Source of the DNA: Blastocatellia bacterium
Lineage (GTDB): Bacteria > Acidobacteriota > Blastocatellia > RBC074
Length of the DNA stretch: 53,614 bases
Direction: 5' to 3'
NCBI GenBank assembly: GCA_035280505.1
Contig: DATEFT010000166.1
Coordinates: 1-53,614 of the forward strand
The translations under genes and the position numbers were made by a program. Below are positions 19,160-28,276 of the stretch, piece by piece (within the stretch, counting starts at the first letter, position 1; each line of letters starts with the position of its first letter). The notes below the pieces were generated by a model. It worked only from the letters and a program-made list of their open reading frames with translations, did not search any database and had not been told where the DNA came from.

Positions 19160-22114
19160 ATGGCGTTGCTCCGCTATAAATTGCTGAATATGATTCGTCA
19201 AACATTTGCGCTGATGCTGATTATTCTGGTCGGCCTCGGCGTAGCAAACGCAGGAATTCTGATCACCACTTCGAGTGGGATCTCGGCCACCGGGATGGAT
19301 GGTGTCAACTATGCCGATCCGGTAGGTATCTCCGCCACCGGGATGGATGGGTTGTTGGCCTTCGGGGCCAACGGCATCAACGCCCCCGTCCCGAACGGCA
19401 TCTCCTCAGTTGGGCCCGACGGCGTCACGTACCTCGGTTCCAGCGGCATCTCCGCCACCGGCATGGACGGGACGACCATGACTCGTTCCAGCGGCATCTC
19501 CGCCACCGGCATGGACGGACTCACGATCACGGTCGGTGACGGATCGACCTACACCGGAGACTCGCTGCTCGTCCGGCAGGCCGATGGCATCAGTGCGACC
19601 GGCATGGATGACATCATGACCTACAGCGCCGAAGGCATCGTCATCTCCAGCCCCGATTCCGGAACGATCGCCCACGCCGACGGAATCTCGGGCACCGGCA
19701 TGGACAGCATCGACATCTCGATGGCTGACGGCATCACCCTGACCCGAACCGACGGGCAGGTCGTCTCCATTCCGCCCGGACCGATCTCGATCGTCGGGGC
19801 CGAGCAGGCCATCTTCACGGACGTCGATCAGATCACCATCACCGGCGCCGACACCATCACCGGCACCGGAGTCACGGAACCGGTCCTGACCGGTCTCCAG
19901 AGCGTGGACCCCGAACTGGCCCTGCTGCTCAACCAGTTGACCGATGACAGCAACGTCAACGCCGCGATCGTCTATCACCAGACCCCGACCGAGGCCGACC
20001 TGGACGCCCTGCGGCAGATCGGCATCCTCGGCGGCACCCGGTATCGCGCGCTGCCGGTGATCCTGTTGACCGGCACCAAGCGGCAGATTATGGAGATCTC
20101 CCATCTCCCGGCCGTCCGGGCGGTCTACGGCAACCGCACTCTGAAACTGGTCGGCGAACCCGGCAACGGATTGACGGGGACCGAACGGGTCAAGGCGGAT
20201 CCCGATCTCGCCTATCGGAACAACGGGCTGCCGTACACCGGCCGCGGGGTGACCGTCGCGGTGCTCGATACCGGCCTTGACGCCACCCACGCCGATCTGG
20301 CCGGCAGAGTCACGCGCAACGCGGTGCTCGCCAGCACGCTGGGCGTGGGCCTCGGCTTCAACTACCCGATCGAGCTCAACCTGCTGCCCAATACCGATCT
20401 GGTCTCGGGTCATGGCACCTTCGTCGGGGGCGTGATCGCGGGCAACGGAACGCGTTCCGGCGGTCAATACAAAGGCGTGGCGCCCGATGCCAGGCTGGTG
20501 GGATTGAGCGCGGGCACGCTCAGTCTGTTCTTCGCGCTCGAGGGCTTCGACTACCTGCTCGTGCACGCGGAAGAGCTGGGGGTGCGGGTCGTCAACTGCA
20601 GCTTTTCGGCCAATCTCCTCTTCGATCCCAACGATCCGGTCAACGTGGCGACCAGGATGTTGACCGACCGCGGGGTCAACGTGGTCTTTTCGGCCGGCAA
20701 CGACGGCCCTTCCAACAACACGCTCAACCCATACGCGATGGCCCCCTGGGTCATTGGAGTCGGGGCGACCGATGAGCGCGGGCGATTGGCGGGGTTCTCC
20801 TCCCGGGGCAGCTTCAGAAACACGCTGGCGCGCCCCACGCTCGTGGCCCCCGGGGTCAACGTCACCAGCCTGCGGGCGGTCGGAGTCAACACGACGGCGC
20901 TCGGCGGCCTGCTGGGCAGCCTGGGCCTCTCGCTGCTGCAACAGCCCTACTACACCACCGGGAGCGGGACCAGTTTCTCGGCTCCACAGGTGGCCGGCAC
21001 GATCGCGCTCATGCTCGAGGCCAATCCGCAACTGACCCCGGCGCAGGTGCGGAACATCCTGCAGCGGACGGCCACGCCGCTGCCGCCCTATTATCAACAC
21101 GAGGCCGGCGCCGGCATGCTCAACGCGCATGCGGCCGTGCTGGAGGCCGCTTTCTCTGAACGCCGGATGGGGATGTTCCGGGCCGCGCTCGGCCGGGGCC
21201 AGGTCCGCTTCATCAGCGATCCATGGCAACAGTTCTCGGGGACCGTGCTCCCGGGCCTCACCAGTTCAACCAGCCTGGCCATTCCGGCCAATACCCTGCA
21301 GGCTTCGGTTCAGGTCTCATGGGGGCCGCTGCTCTCGCTCAACGACCTGGCCCTGAAACTGGTCGAACCCAACGGGACAGCTCGCGCGGAGGTCAACACC
21401 CTCAACCTGCCCGGATTGACGGGCAGGCGCGAGGCCGACGTCCTCTGGCAGCCCGCCCCCGGCAACTGGTCCGTGCGGCTCAGAAATACCCGCGGTCTGC
21501 TGGGGACGGCGCAACCGTTCCTCGGCGCCCTGGAATTGACCCGTGCCGAGTACGCGCCGTTGATCGATCTCGGCGGGCTGAACGCGAACGCCCAACAGGA
21601 GGTCTACCAGAACCTGCGATCACTCGTCATGTTCCCGATCGGCAACCGGTTCCGTCCGCAATTCAGCGTCTCCCGCTACGACCTGGCGTCGGCGCTGGTG
21701 CTCGGCGGGCGCGTGCCGCAATACCGGGCGGGCCAACCGACGTACCCCGACGCGGTCGATTCGTTGACGAGATTGATGGTCGAGAGCGTACAGGCCGCGC
21801 CGGCGGGAGCGATCTTTCCCGAGGTCACTCCGGGCAGCCTGTTCCGGCCCGATCAGCAGGCCGATCGTCTGACCGCCGCGATCGCCCTGGTCCGCGCCGC
21901 CGGGCTTCGGGCCGAGGCCGAGTCGCTCGCGGGCACCACGCTGCCGGTCGCTGACGGCAGTTCGATTCCCGCGCCATGGAGAGGCTACGTCGCCGTCGCG
22001 CTCTCACGCGGGTTGCTGACGGCGGAAGGCTCGCTGTTCCGCCCCTCCAGCGCGCTGACCCGCGCTGAACTTTCCCACGCCATGGTGTCGGTGACGAAAT
22101 TGGCAATCGGATGA
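19160..22114 (+). CDS. Secreted S8 (subtilisin-family) serine peptidase with an N-terminal repeat region and a C-terminal SLH-like region
   Basis: Signal-peptide-like N-terminus. Catalytic contexts VAVLDTGLD (Asp), GHGTFVGG (His) and GSGTSFSAPQVAG (Ser). The C-terminal segment IPAPWRGYVAVALSRGLL...FRPSSALTRAELSHAMV is SLH-like. Confidence 0.9.
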   Translation: MALLRYKLLNMIRQTFALMLIILVGLGVANAGILITTSSGISATGMDGVNYADPVGISATGMDGLLAFGANGINAPVPNGISSVGPDGVTYLGSSGISATGMDGTTMTRSSGISATGMDGLTITVGDGSTYTGDSLLVRQADGISATGMDDIMTYSAEGIVISSPDSGTIAHADGISGTGMDSIDISMADGITLTRTDGQVVSIPPGPISIVGAEQAIFTDVDQITITGADTITGTGVTEPVLTGLQSVDPELALLLNQLTDDSNVNAAIVYHQTPTEADLDALRQIGILGGTRYRALPVILLTGTKRQIMEISHLPAVRAVYGNRTLKLVGEPGNGLTGTERVKADPDLAYRNNGLPYTGRGVTVAVLDTGLDATHADLAGRVTRNAVLASTLGVGLGFNYPIELNLLPNTDLVSGHGTFVGGVIAGNGTRSGGQYKGVAPDARLVGLSAGTLSLFFALEGFDYLLVHAEELGVRVVNCSFSANLLFDPNDPVNVATRMLTDRGVNVVFSAGNDGPSNNTLNPYAMAPWVIGVGATDERGRLAGFSSRGSFRNTLARPTLVAPGVNVTSLRAVGVNTTALGGLLGSLGLSLLQQPYYTTGSGTSFSAPQVAGTIALMLEANPQLTPAQVRNILQRTATPLPPYYQHEAGAGMLNAHAAVLEAAFSERRMGMFRAALGRGQVRFISDPWQQFSGTVLPGLTSSTSLAIPANTLQASVQVSWGPLLSLNDLALKLVEPNGTARAEVNTLNLPGLTGRREADVLWQPAPGNWSVRLRNTRGLLGTAQPFLGALELTRAEYAPLIDLGGLNANAQQEVYQNLRSLVMFPIGNRFRPQFSVSRYDLASALVLGGRVPQYRAGQPTYPDAVDSLTRLMVESVQAAPAGAIFPEVTPGSLFRPDQQADRLTAAIALVRAAGLRAEAESLAGTTLPVADGSSIPAPWRGYVAVALSRGLLTAEGSLFRPSSALTRAELSHAMVSVTKLAIG
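19277..19730 (+). repeat. Seven copies of a G-I-S-(A/S/G)-(T/V)-G-(M/P)-D peptide motif within the S8 peptidase gene
   Basis: GISATGMDG occurs at aa 40, 56, 96, 112 and 143, GISSVGPDG at 80 and GISGTGMD at 175. The DNA repeats GGCATCTCCGCCACCGGCATGGACGG. Confidence 0.85.
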
Positions 22115-22199
22115 AGATCCAAACTAAGGTATCGGAACTTCTCTCCCCGACCAATCCCCCCACACTAAACCCAATCGGATAAGATTGGCCACCTACTTC

Positions 22200-22251
22200 C
22201 CCATTCCCCATTTTTCCAGGCTCTTAAGAACACTGTGAAATGGGGAATGGG
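22200..22251. terminator. Hairpin between the convergent S8 peptidase and SBP genes
   Basis: Perfect 14-bp arms CCCATTCCCCATTT / AAATGGGGAATGGG with a 24-nt loop. It abuts the SBP stop codon. No U-tract on either strand. Confidence 0.4.
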
Positions 22252-24021
22252 CTAACGCACAAACAACTCTTCCGCATTCCAGATCGCAAAGGGCTGGAAC
22301 GCACTCGGGCGAAAATTCCCGATTCGCCGATTCGCCGCACAGATCACATGGCGGGCGGTCAAGGGAATGACCGGCAGTTGATCAGCGAGGATAGTTTGAA
22401 TCTCACGAAAAATAGCGCGCCGCCGATCCAGCATGGTCTCTCGCGCCTGCGCCTCCAAGAGTTCGTCGATCCGCGATTCCCAGGCCGTCCCCGGCCGCGT
22501 TTGTCTAGGGTACCAATGTTGAGAGGGGCTGCTGCTGCCCAGCAGGTTGACATAAGAAGAGGGATCCGGCTCGCTGACGATGGCGCCCAGCAGAGCCGCC
22601 TCGTAATCGTAGGTCTGGGAGATGCGGCGCTGCAGATCGCCGAACTCGATCGGAGCCACGTTGACCTTGATGCCGAGCCGCGCCCAGTCTTCCTGAACCA
22701 CCGCCGCCATCTGCATTCGCGGCTGGCTCTCCACCGGCACGATCATCGTCAACTCCACGCGGTTTCCCGCGGCGTCGCGCAGTTCCGGACGATCCGGCTC
22801 TCCGCTCTGCGTAAAACCGGCCTCGCGCAGCAGAGCGCGCGCCTTCTCCAGATCATAATCGGTGCGGGCCAGACCCGTCGCCACCCACTCGCGGTTACCG
22901 GGCGAAACGAAGTTGTAGAGCGGAGTGGCCAATCCCTGGAGAGTCACCCTGGCCAGCGTCTCGCGATCGATCGAATGCGAGATCGCGCGCCTGAAGCGCA
23001 GATCGTTGAACCAGGCCCGTTTCATGGGGTTGACGAGGGGCTGCCCTTCCCGCTTGCCGGCGTTGAGATTGAACCAGAGATAATCGGTGCTCAGTCCCGG
23101 CCCCGCATCCACCGCATTGACCACGCCCGGCTGCTTCAGCAAGGCGGCATAGTCGGCCGGCCGAATTCGGTCATAGAGATCCAGACTCCCCTGGACCAGT
23201 CGCGCGAAAGCATTGTTGGCCTCGCCCGCGACCTCGATCACCACTTCGTCCAGATAGGGCAACGGCGCGCCCGCTTCGTCTCGCTTCCAGTAATGCGGGT
23301 TGCGCCTGAGCACCACTCGTTCGCCGGGCACGACCGCCTGGGCGATGAAGGCGCCGGCCGTCGCGATCTGCGACGGATCGCTGAGCAGGCTGTAGGCCTC
23401 GCGAAAGGCGCCCTGCTCCAGACTCTTTTCGAGCAGGTGCCGCGGCAGCACGGCGAGATTCGACAGATAGCTCTCCGGCACGGCGACCGGCTGAGGAAAG
23501 ACCAATCGCAGATGAGACGGATCCTGAACGCTGACCTGAATCTGAGCGCCGCCGATCGTCATGGCCGGGCCGAAGAGGGGCGAGGCCGTGCGCTGGTCGT
23601 AGAGGGCCCGAAAGGTGAAGCGGACATCCTCCGCCGTCAGCGGGCGGCCGTCCGAGAATTTGAGCCCCTGACGCAAGCTGAGATCCAGGGTCCGTCCGCC
23701 ACCGGCCGCCGTCCATTTTTCGGCCAGCGCCGGCAGATATCGATGCGTATCGTGATCGAATTCGACGAGCCTTCCGCCCATCAGGTAGAAGGCCACAATC
23801 AGCGTGGAATCATCCACCGCCATTAGATAATTGAACGTCTGGGGCGGCGAACCGATCCGGTATCGGAGCGCGCCTCCGGGCTTGCCGATCAAGCGCCCGT
23901 TCCGCGCCGTCTCCTGAAGCGAGTCGAGAGACGGGGGTTTGGGCCCGCCGGATCGGCAAGAGGTCGCCCAGCAAATTGCAGTAATCGAGGTGATCAAGGT
24001 GCAGAGTCGTAATAGATTCAT
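22252..24021 (-). CDS. ABC transporter substrate-binding lipoprotein, peptide/nickel (family 5) type
   Basis: SBP_bac_5-like throughout. I prefer the start at MNLLRLCTLITSITAICWATSC (lipobox-like). The maximal ORF reaches 24075. Confidence 0.9.
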   Translation of the reverse strand: MNLLRLCTLITSITAICWATSCRSGGPKPPSLDSLQETARNGRLIGKPGGALRYRIGSPPQTFNYLMAVDDSTLIVAFYLMGGRLVEFDHDTHRYLPALAEKWTAAGGGRTLDLSLRQGLKFSDGRPLTAEDVRFTFRALYDQRTASPLFGPAMTIGGAQIQVSVQDPSHLRLVFPQPVAVPESYLSNLAVLPRHLLEKSLEQGAFREAYSLLSDPSQIATAGAFIAQAVVPGERVVLRRNPHYWKRDEAGAPLPYLDEVVIEVAGEANNAFARLVQGSLDLYDRIRPADYAALLKQPGVVNAVDAGPGLSTDYLWFNLNAGKREGQPLVNPMKRAWFNDLRFRRAISHSIDRETLARVTLQGLATPLYNFVSPGNREWVATGLARTDYDLEKARALLREAGFTQSGEPDRPELRDAAGNRVELTMIVPVESQPRMQMAAVVQEDWARLGIKVNVAPIEFGDLQRRISQTYDYEAALLGAIVSEPDPSSYVNLLGSSSPSQHWYPRQTRPGTAWESRIDELLEAQARETMLDRRRAIFREIQTILADQLPVIPLTARHVICAANRRIGNFRPSAFQPFAIWNAEELFVR

Positions 24022-24267
24022 CTTTATGGCTTCCGAAGTAATTCGCCTAACTGGTAGCTGTTGGGGAATCGACAACCGTCTTCAAAGGAATGAGAAGAGA
24101 GGACCACAACCCCAAGACCCGACGGAAGTCCGGCGACTTCCGGAGTTGGCCTCGGCGCTGCCGGCGGTCAATCTGGCGGCGATTTTTCCGCTGAATCGCC
24201 CTCTAAACTTAGTAGCAAACGATAGCGAAATGAATGTCTACCACTCCGACAATCTGGGTACTCTGTC

Positions 24268-25215
24268 ATGTCCAAGATAAGTAAGCTGATCTTCTTCCGA
24301 GTCGTGCAGGCCGTTTTGGTGCTACTCGGGATCTCACTGTTGATCTTCGGGCTGCTGGCGATCGCCGGCGGCGACGCGCTGACCGCGCTGCATGGGCACG
24401 CGATGATCTCGGACGAGACGCTGGCGAAATGGCGCGGCATCTATGGTCTGGATCAACCGCTCTGGGTGCGCTACGGGCGCTGGCTGAGCGAAATAGTCAA
24501 CGGGAGCCTCGGGTACTCCCGCTCTTTCCAGGCGCCCGTGGCCAACATCATCTGGCCGCGCCTGTGGCGCAGTTTCGCGCTGGCCTCGGTCGCGATGGTG
24601 ATCTCGTGGACCGTCTCGTTGACGGTCGGGATCGCGGCGGCCGTGCGTTTCAACTCGTGGCTGGACCGCGTCTGCGACCTGGTGGTCCTGTTGTCGGCCT
24701 CGATGCCGCGCCTCGTGCTCTCGCTGACCGCGCTCACCTTCATCACCCATCTCGCCTGGTTCGGCGCCGACCAACCGACCGGCGAGACTCAGGTCGGAGC
24801 CTTCTCGCTCCAGGTCCTGCCGCCGGCCCTGATTCTGTGCGTGCCGCTGATCTCGCTCTTCCTGCCGCTGACCCGCACCAGCGTCAAGATGGTGCTCTCC
24901 CAGGAGTACGTCTCGGTCGCGCGCGCCAAGGGGCTGCCGGAGCGGATCGTCCTCTTCCGCCACGTCCTGCGACCGGCGCTCAATCCCATGCTGACCATCT
25001 TCGGTTACGAGTTGGGAAGCGTCATCAGCGGTTCGGTCATCGTCGAGAAGGTCCTGGGCTGGCCCGGATTGGGCGCCTTGAGCGTCTCGGCGGTGCAGAG
25101 CCGCGATCTGCCGCTGCTGATGGGAGTGGTGCTCGTCACCGCCACCGCAGTCCTGGTGGGCAACCTCCTGGCCGACATCCTGATCCGGCTGAACGATCCC
25201 CGGCTCCGCCAATAG
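24268..25215 (+). CDS. ABC transporter permease (DppB/OppB-like)
   Basis: 315 aa with an N-terminus typical of the BPD_transp_1 family (RVVQAVLVLLGISLLIFGLL). Multiple TM segments. Confidence 0.9.
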   Translation: MSKISKLIFFRVVQAVLVLLGISLLIFGLLAIAGGDALTALHGHAMISDETLAKWRGIYGLDQPLWVRYGRWLSEIVNGSLGYSRSFQAPVANIIWPRLWRSFALASVAMVISWTVSLTVGIAAAVRFNSWLDRVCDLVVLLSASMPRLVLSLTALTFITHLAWFGADQPTGETQVGAFSLQVLPPALILCVPLISLFLPLTRTSVKMVLSQEYVSVARAKGLPERIVLFRHVLRPALNPMLTIFGYELGSVISGSVIVEKVLGWPGLGALSVSAVQSRDLPLLMGVVLVTATAVLVGNLLADILIRLNDPRLRQ

Positions 25216-25230
25216 AGGCGACGGACCTCC

Positions 25231-26301
25231 ATGACGAGACTTTTCCGAACGGCCCCTTCCCGAATCGACCGGCGACTACTGAGGATTCTCGGAGGCGGCA
25301 TTATCTGCTGTTTCTATCTGACCGCGATCCTGGCCGATTTCCTGGCGCCCTACGACTACCGCGATCAAGCGCGGCGAGAACCGATGGCGCAGCCCAGCGC
25401 CGTCCGGTTTCGCGACGCCGACGGCGATTGGCACTTGCGGCCGCGGGTCTGCGCGCGGCTCTTAACCGATCCGCTGCAACTGCGCTATGAGGAGGATCGA
25501 TCGCGATGTCACCCGATCCGATTCTGGATCCGCGGTTATCGCTATCGGTTCCTCTTCTACTTCGAATCCGACCTCCATCTCTTCGGCGTGGACGGGCTGG
25601 GCCGAGAGGATGCGCCTCGCGCGCACCTCCTCGGCACCGACGCCGTGGGGCGCGATCGTCTCTCCCGGCTGCTGATCGCCACCAGATTCTCACTCATGGT
25701 CGGTCCGGCGGGAACGATCCTCGCCAGCTTGATCGGGGTGGTCCTCGGCTGCATCGCCGGTTATACGGGAAGATGGCTCGACGCCTTTCTGATGCGGATC
25801 GTCGATCTGGTCATGGCGTTGCCGCCGCTGGTCATGATCCTGGCGGCCCGCGCGACCTTTCCCCTGGAGCTCCCGCCATCTCGCGCCGCGCTCCTGCTGA
25901 TCGCGATCTTCGTCACCCTGGGATGGGCCGAGATGGCGAGGCTCACGCGGAGTCTGGTCGCGGAGCTGAGCGAGCGCGAATTCGTCCTGGCGGCCGTCAG
26001 CGTCGGCCTCCCCCCCTGGCGCGTGCTCTACCGCCATATTCTGCCGAACGCGGCGCCGCTGATCCTGGCCCAGGCGCTCCTCATGCTGCCCAACTTTCTG
26101 CTCTTCGAGACCGCCCTCTCGTTTCTCGGCGTGGGGCTGCAAGAACCCGATCCCAGTTGGGGCAACCTCCTGGCCGCGGCCAAAGACATCACCCTGCTGC
26201 CCGCGGATCAGGCGCTCCTGCTCCTGGCTCCCGCCCTGACCATCGTGGTCTTCGTCTTCGGCACCCGTCTCCTGAGAGACGGCTTGACCCCATCCTCCTA
26301 G
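25231..26301 (+). CDS. ABC transporter permease (DppC/OppC-like)
   Basis: 356 aa. The strings GTDAVGRDRLSRLL and EREFVLAAVSVGLPPWRVLYRHILPN are typical of OppC-type permeases. Confidence 0.9.
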   Translation: MTRLFRTAPSRIDRRLLRILGGGIICCFYLTAILADFLAPYDYRDQARREPMAQPSAVRFRDADGDWHLRPRVCARLLTDPLQLRYEEDRSRCHPIRFWIRGYRYRFLFYFESDLHLFGVDGLGREDAPRAHLLGTDAVGRDRLSRLLIATRFSLMVGPAGTILASLIGVVLGCIAGYTGRWLDAFLMRIVDLVMALPPLVMILAARATFPLELPPSRAALLLIAIFVTLGWAEMARLTRSLVAELSEREFVLAAVSVGLPPWRVLYRHILPNAAPLILAQALLMLPNFLLFETALSFLGVGLQEPDPSWGNLLAAAKDITLLPADQALLLLAPALTIVVFVFGTRLLRDGLTPSS

Positions 26302-26306
26302 ACCCA

Positions 26307-26370
26307 AACCGCGAAACACGCCAAATAGACGAAAGACACGGATCAAACACCTTTCGCGCGTTTCGCGGTT
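26307..26370. repeat. REP-like palindromic element, copy 1 (AACCGCGAAAC...GTTTCGCGGTT)
   Basis: 11-bp perfect arms plus 3 further pairs. Related in sequence and layout to 45427-45489. Confidence 0.6.
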
Positions 26371-26562
26371 CTATCCCAACTTTGTGAGCAAAGTACTCAG
26401 TCTCAATCGACTTGATCGATTCGGTTTGCTGGTGAAATGAAAGGAACAGTCTGAGGCTGGCGTGGGCTAATGGCCACGGGCTACCGGATTTGAAGAGAGC
26501 AGGCTAATTACAACGCGGGCGGAGGATAAGGCGGACGGGCCTAGGGGTTTAATCGCAGAGCA

Positions 26563-26611
26563 AACGCTGAGAACCAGGAGCCGTTTAGTGCGCTCTCAGC
26601 GTTTTCGCTCT
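26563..26611. terminator. Hairpin between the convergent permease operon and the zf-HC2/TPR gene
   Basis: 10-bp arms AACGCTGAGA / TCTCAGCGTT, followed on the plus strand by TTCGCTCTT. Confidence 0.35.
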
Positions 26612-26689
26612 TCGATGGACTCTTTCGATCGGGGGATCGCAATCGGATCGTTGTCTATCTGGGTTCTCGCGCTCACCGATGATCTCCCG

Positions 26690-27727
26690 TTAATCCCTTA
26701 GTTTGTCTTTCTCCTGGAGGTTCTTGAGCCTCTCTTGAGCCTCAGCTCCCCAGGGAGAGGTGGCATCGAGTTTCAGGTACTCTTCCCAGTCGTGTCGCGC
26801 TTCCTTGAATCGAGCCATCTGCTCGTAACAGAGCGCGCGATTGAACCAGGCTTCCTGCAAGTGCGGGTCGAGATCGACCGCCGTATCGTAATGCTCGATG
26901 GCCTTGGTCAGCAGCGGCATCGAGTCGGAATACTTGCTGCGTTCGTAGTAGAGCGAAGCGAGATCGACGTGAAGCTTAGCTTCGTACGGCGCATTCTGAA
27001 TCGCCAGCAACAGTTGTTCTTCAGCCCGGTCCAGGTTACCGAGTAACAGGTAGAGCCGACCCAGCGCGTGCCGGGATTCGGTCGTCGGGTGCGAAGCCAC
27101 CGCGTGAGTCAGGTCAGCCAAAACATAGTTGAATTGGTCGCGATCCACTCCCGAGTTATCCGCATCGCCGCGTTGACGTTCATAAGGTTGGTAAGCAAAA
27201 CCGCCGGTCACCCGAGTCTCCAAGACCCGATTATGACGGTGGACCAACTCCATCGCCATCAATCGATCCTCGGATCTCGAACCCGGGTTATAGATCATGT
27301 AACCGGCAATTCCGACAGTCAGCAGGAGTCCGACGGCCACGCCGTGTTTCAGGTAGGATTTAAGACTCCGGCTGGCATGGTGAAGGTCAGGTCGTGGATT
27401 CCAAGACGGGTTCGATGGTCGAGGTTTGTTAGTCGAGGGCTCTCCTTCTGCCGAAGAATCAGCATCAGCCTCACTAAACTGCCATCGCGCCAACGCCGCG
27501 GCTTCCAGCCCCAGCGAGAATAACGGCGCGAGGTGTCTCTCCTCCTCTTCCCGCCTCTCTCCATAACAGACGCGTAACATCACTGCCAGTTTTGCACGAC
27601 AGTCTTCACAGTTGAGGCAGTGTTCCTCTACCTCCGCCCGTTCCGCTGCGGTGCAAGTCCCAGCTACATAGGAAGCCATAACCTCCTCAGGGGTGTGGTC
27701 GATCTGCCATAATAGTCCGTTCTTCAT
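26690..27727 (-). CDS. zf-HC2 anti-sigma-like membrane protein with a TPR domain beyond the TM helix (~345 aa)
   Basis: SYVAGTCTAAERAEVEEHCLNCEDC shows H-x3-C-x2-C. TM segment GVAVGLLLTVGIAGYMIY. The region after the TM segment is strongly similar to aa ~160-340 of the CHAT protein. Preferred start is MKNG with AGAGG 6 nt upstream. The maximal ORF reaches 27823. Confidence 0.85.
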   Translation of the reverse strand: MKNGLLWQIDHTPEEVMASYVAGTCTAAERAEVEEHCLNCEDCRAKLAVMLRVCYGERREEEERHLAPLFSLGLEAAALARWQFSEADADSSAEGEPSTNKPRPSNPSWNPRPDLHHASRSLKSYLKHGVAVGLLLTVGIAGYMIYNPGSRSEDRLMAMELVHRHNRVLETRVTGGFAYQPYERQRGDADNSGVDRDQFNYVLADLTHAVASHPTTESRHALGRLYLLLGNLDRAEEQLLLAIQNAPYEAKLHVDLASLYYERSKYSDSMPLLTKAIEHYDTAVDLDPHLQEAWFNRALCYEQMARFKEARHDWEEYLKLDATSPWGAEAQERLKNLQEKDKLRD

Positions 27728-27780
27728 CGAGACCTCTTTGAGTTGTGTATTGATTTTAGTCTGTGAATTACTGACCTCTA

Positions 27781-27826
27781 CCTTCATGGGAAAGGTAGCA
27801 AAATGCTGGAAAATGTGTGCCATTCC
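27781..27826 (-). promoter_or_regulatory. Conserved ~45-nt block A upstream of the 345-aa zf-HC2 gene
   Basis: Minus strand reads GGCACACATTTTCCAGCATTTTGCTACCTTTCCCATGAAGG and matches block D at 18651-18697. An upstream GAGATATTT is also shared. Confidence 0.5.
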
Positions 27827-28204
27827 AGGGACTACCTAAAAATATCTCTGCGCGAACAGAGGTCATTTTGCTTCGATCTCCCGACAATCACCCAGTACCT
27901 GTATTGTGATTCCGCGGCCCCCCTAGCCAGTTTGAAACGAAATCACGCTCTGATTGCCTTCTGAATTAAGTCAGTCTCCGATTTAATTTCACTTGAACAA
28001 CATCGAGAACTTGTCGCATTAAAGCTGCTTTTGCCACAAACCGAAAGTTCCGGCTCAAGCGATCAATGAACTTGCCATCCTCGAATTTCTACTCAGCCGA
28101 CATCGACATTTCTACACTACCTACCTTGACTAATAGTTGAGTTTAGCTACAGAAGATTGGCGAAGAATGGATTGATTCCGGATTCTGATCGACCTTCGAT
28201 CCAT

Positions 28205-28276
28205 CCCTGATCTCTCCCTGATCTCTCTACTCCGATCGATCCTCACTCTCGATCCTCACTCTCGATCCTCACTCTC
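28205..28276. repeat. Short tandem repeats: CCCTGATCTCT x2 then GATCCTCACTCTC x3
   Basis: Read directly from the sequence. They lie inside the ORF-poor 27824-29509 stretch. Confidence 0.85.

Noticed and set aside
28205-28276. Possible CRISPR array from the tandem repeats here and at 12662-12705
   Set aside because: The units are only 11-13 nt, directly abutting with no spacers, and there are only 2-4 copies. No cas genes are in the window.
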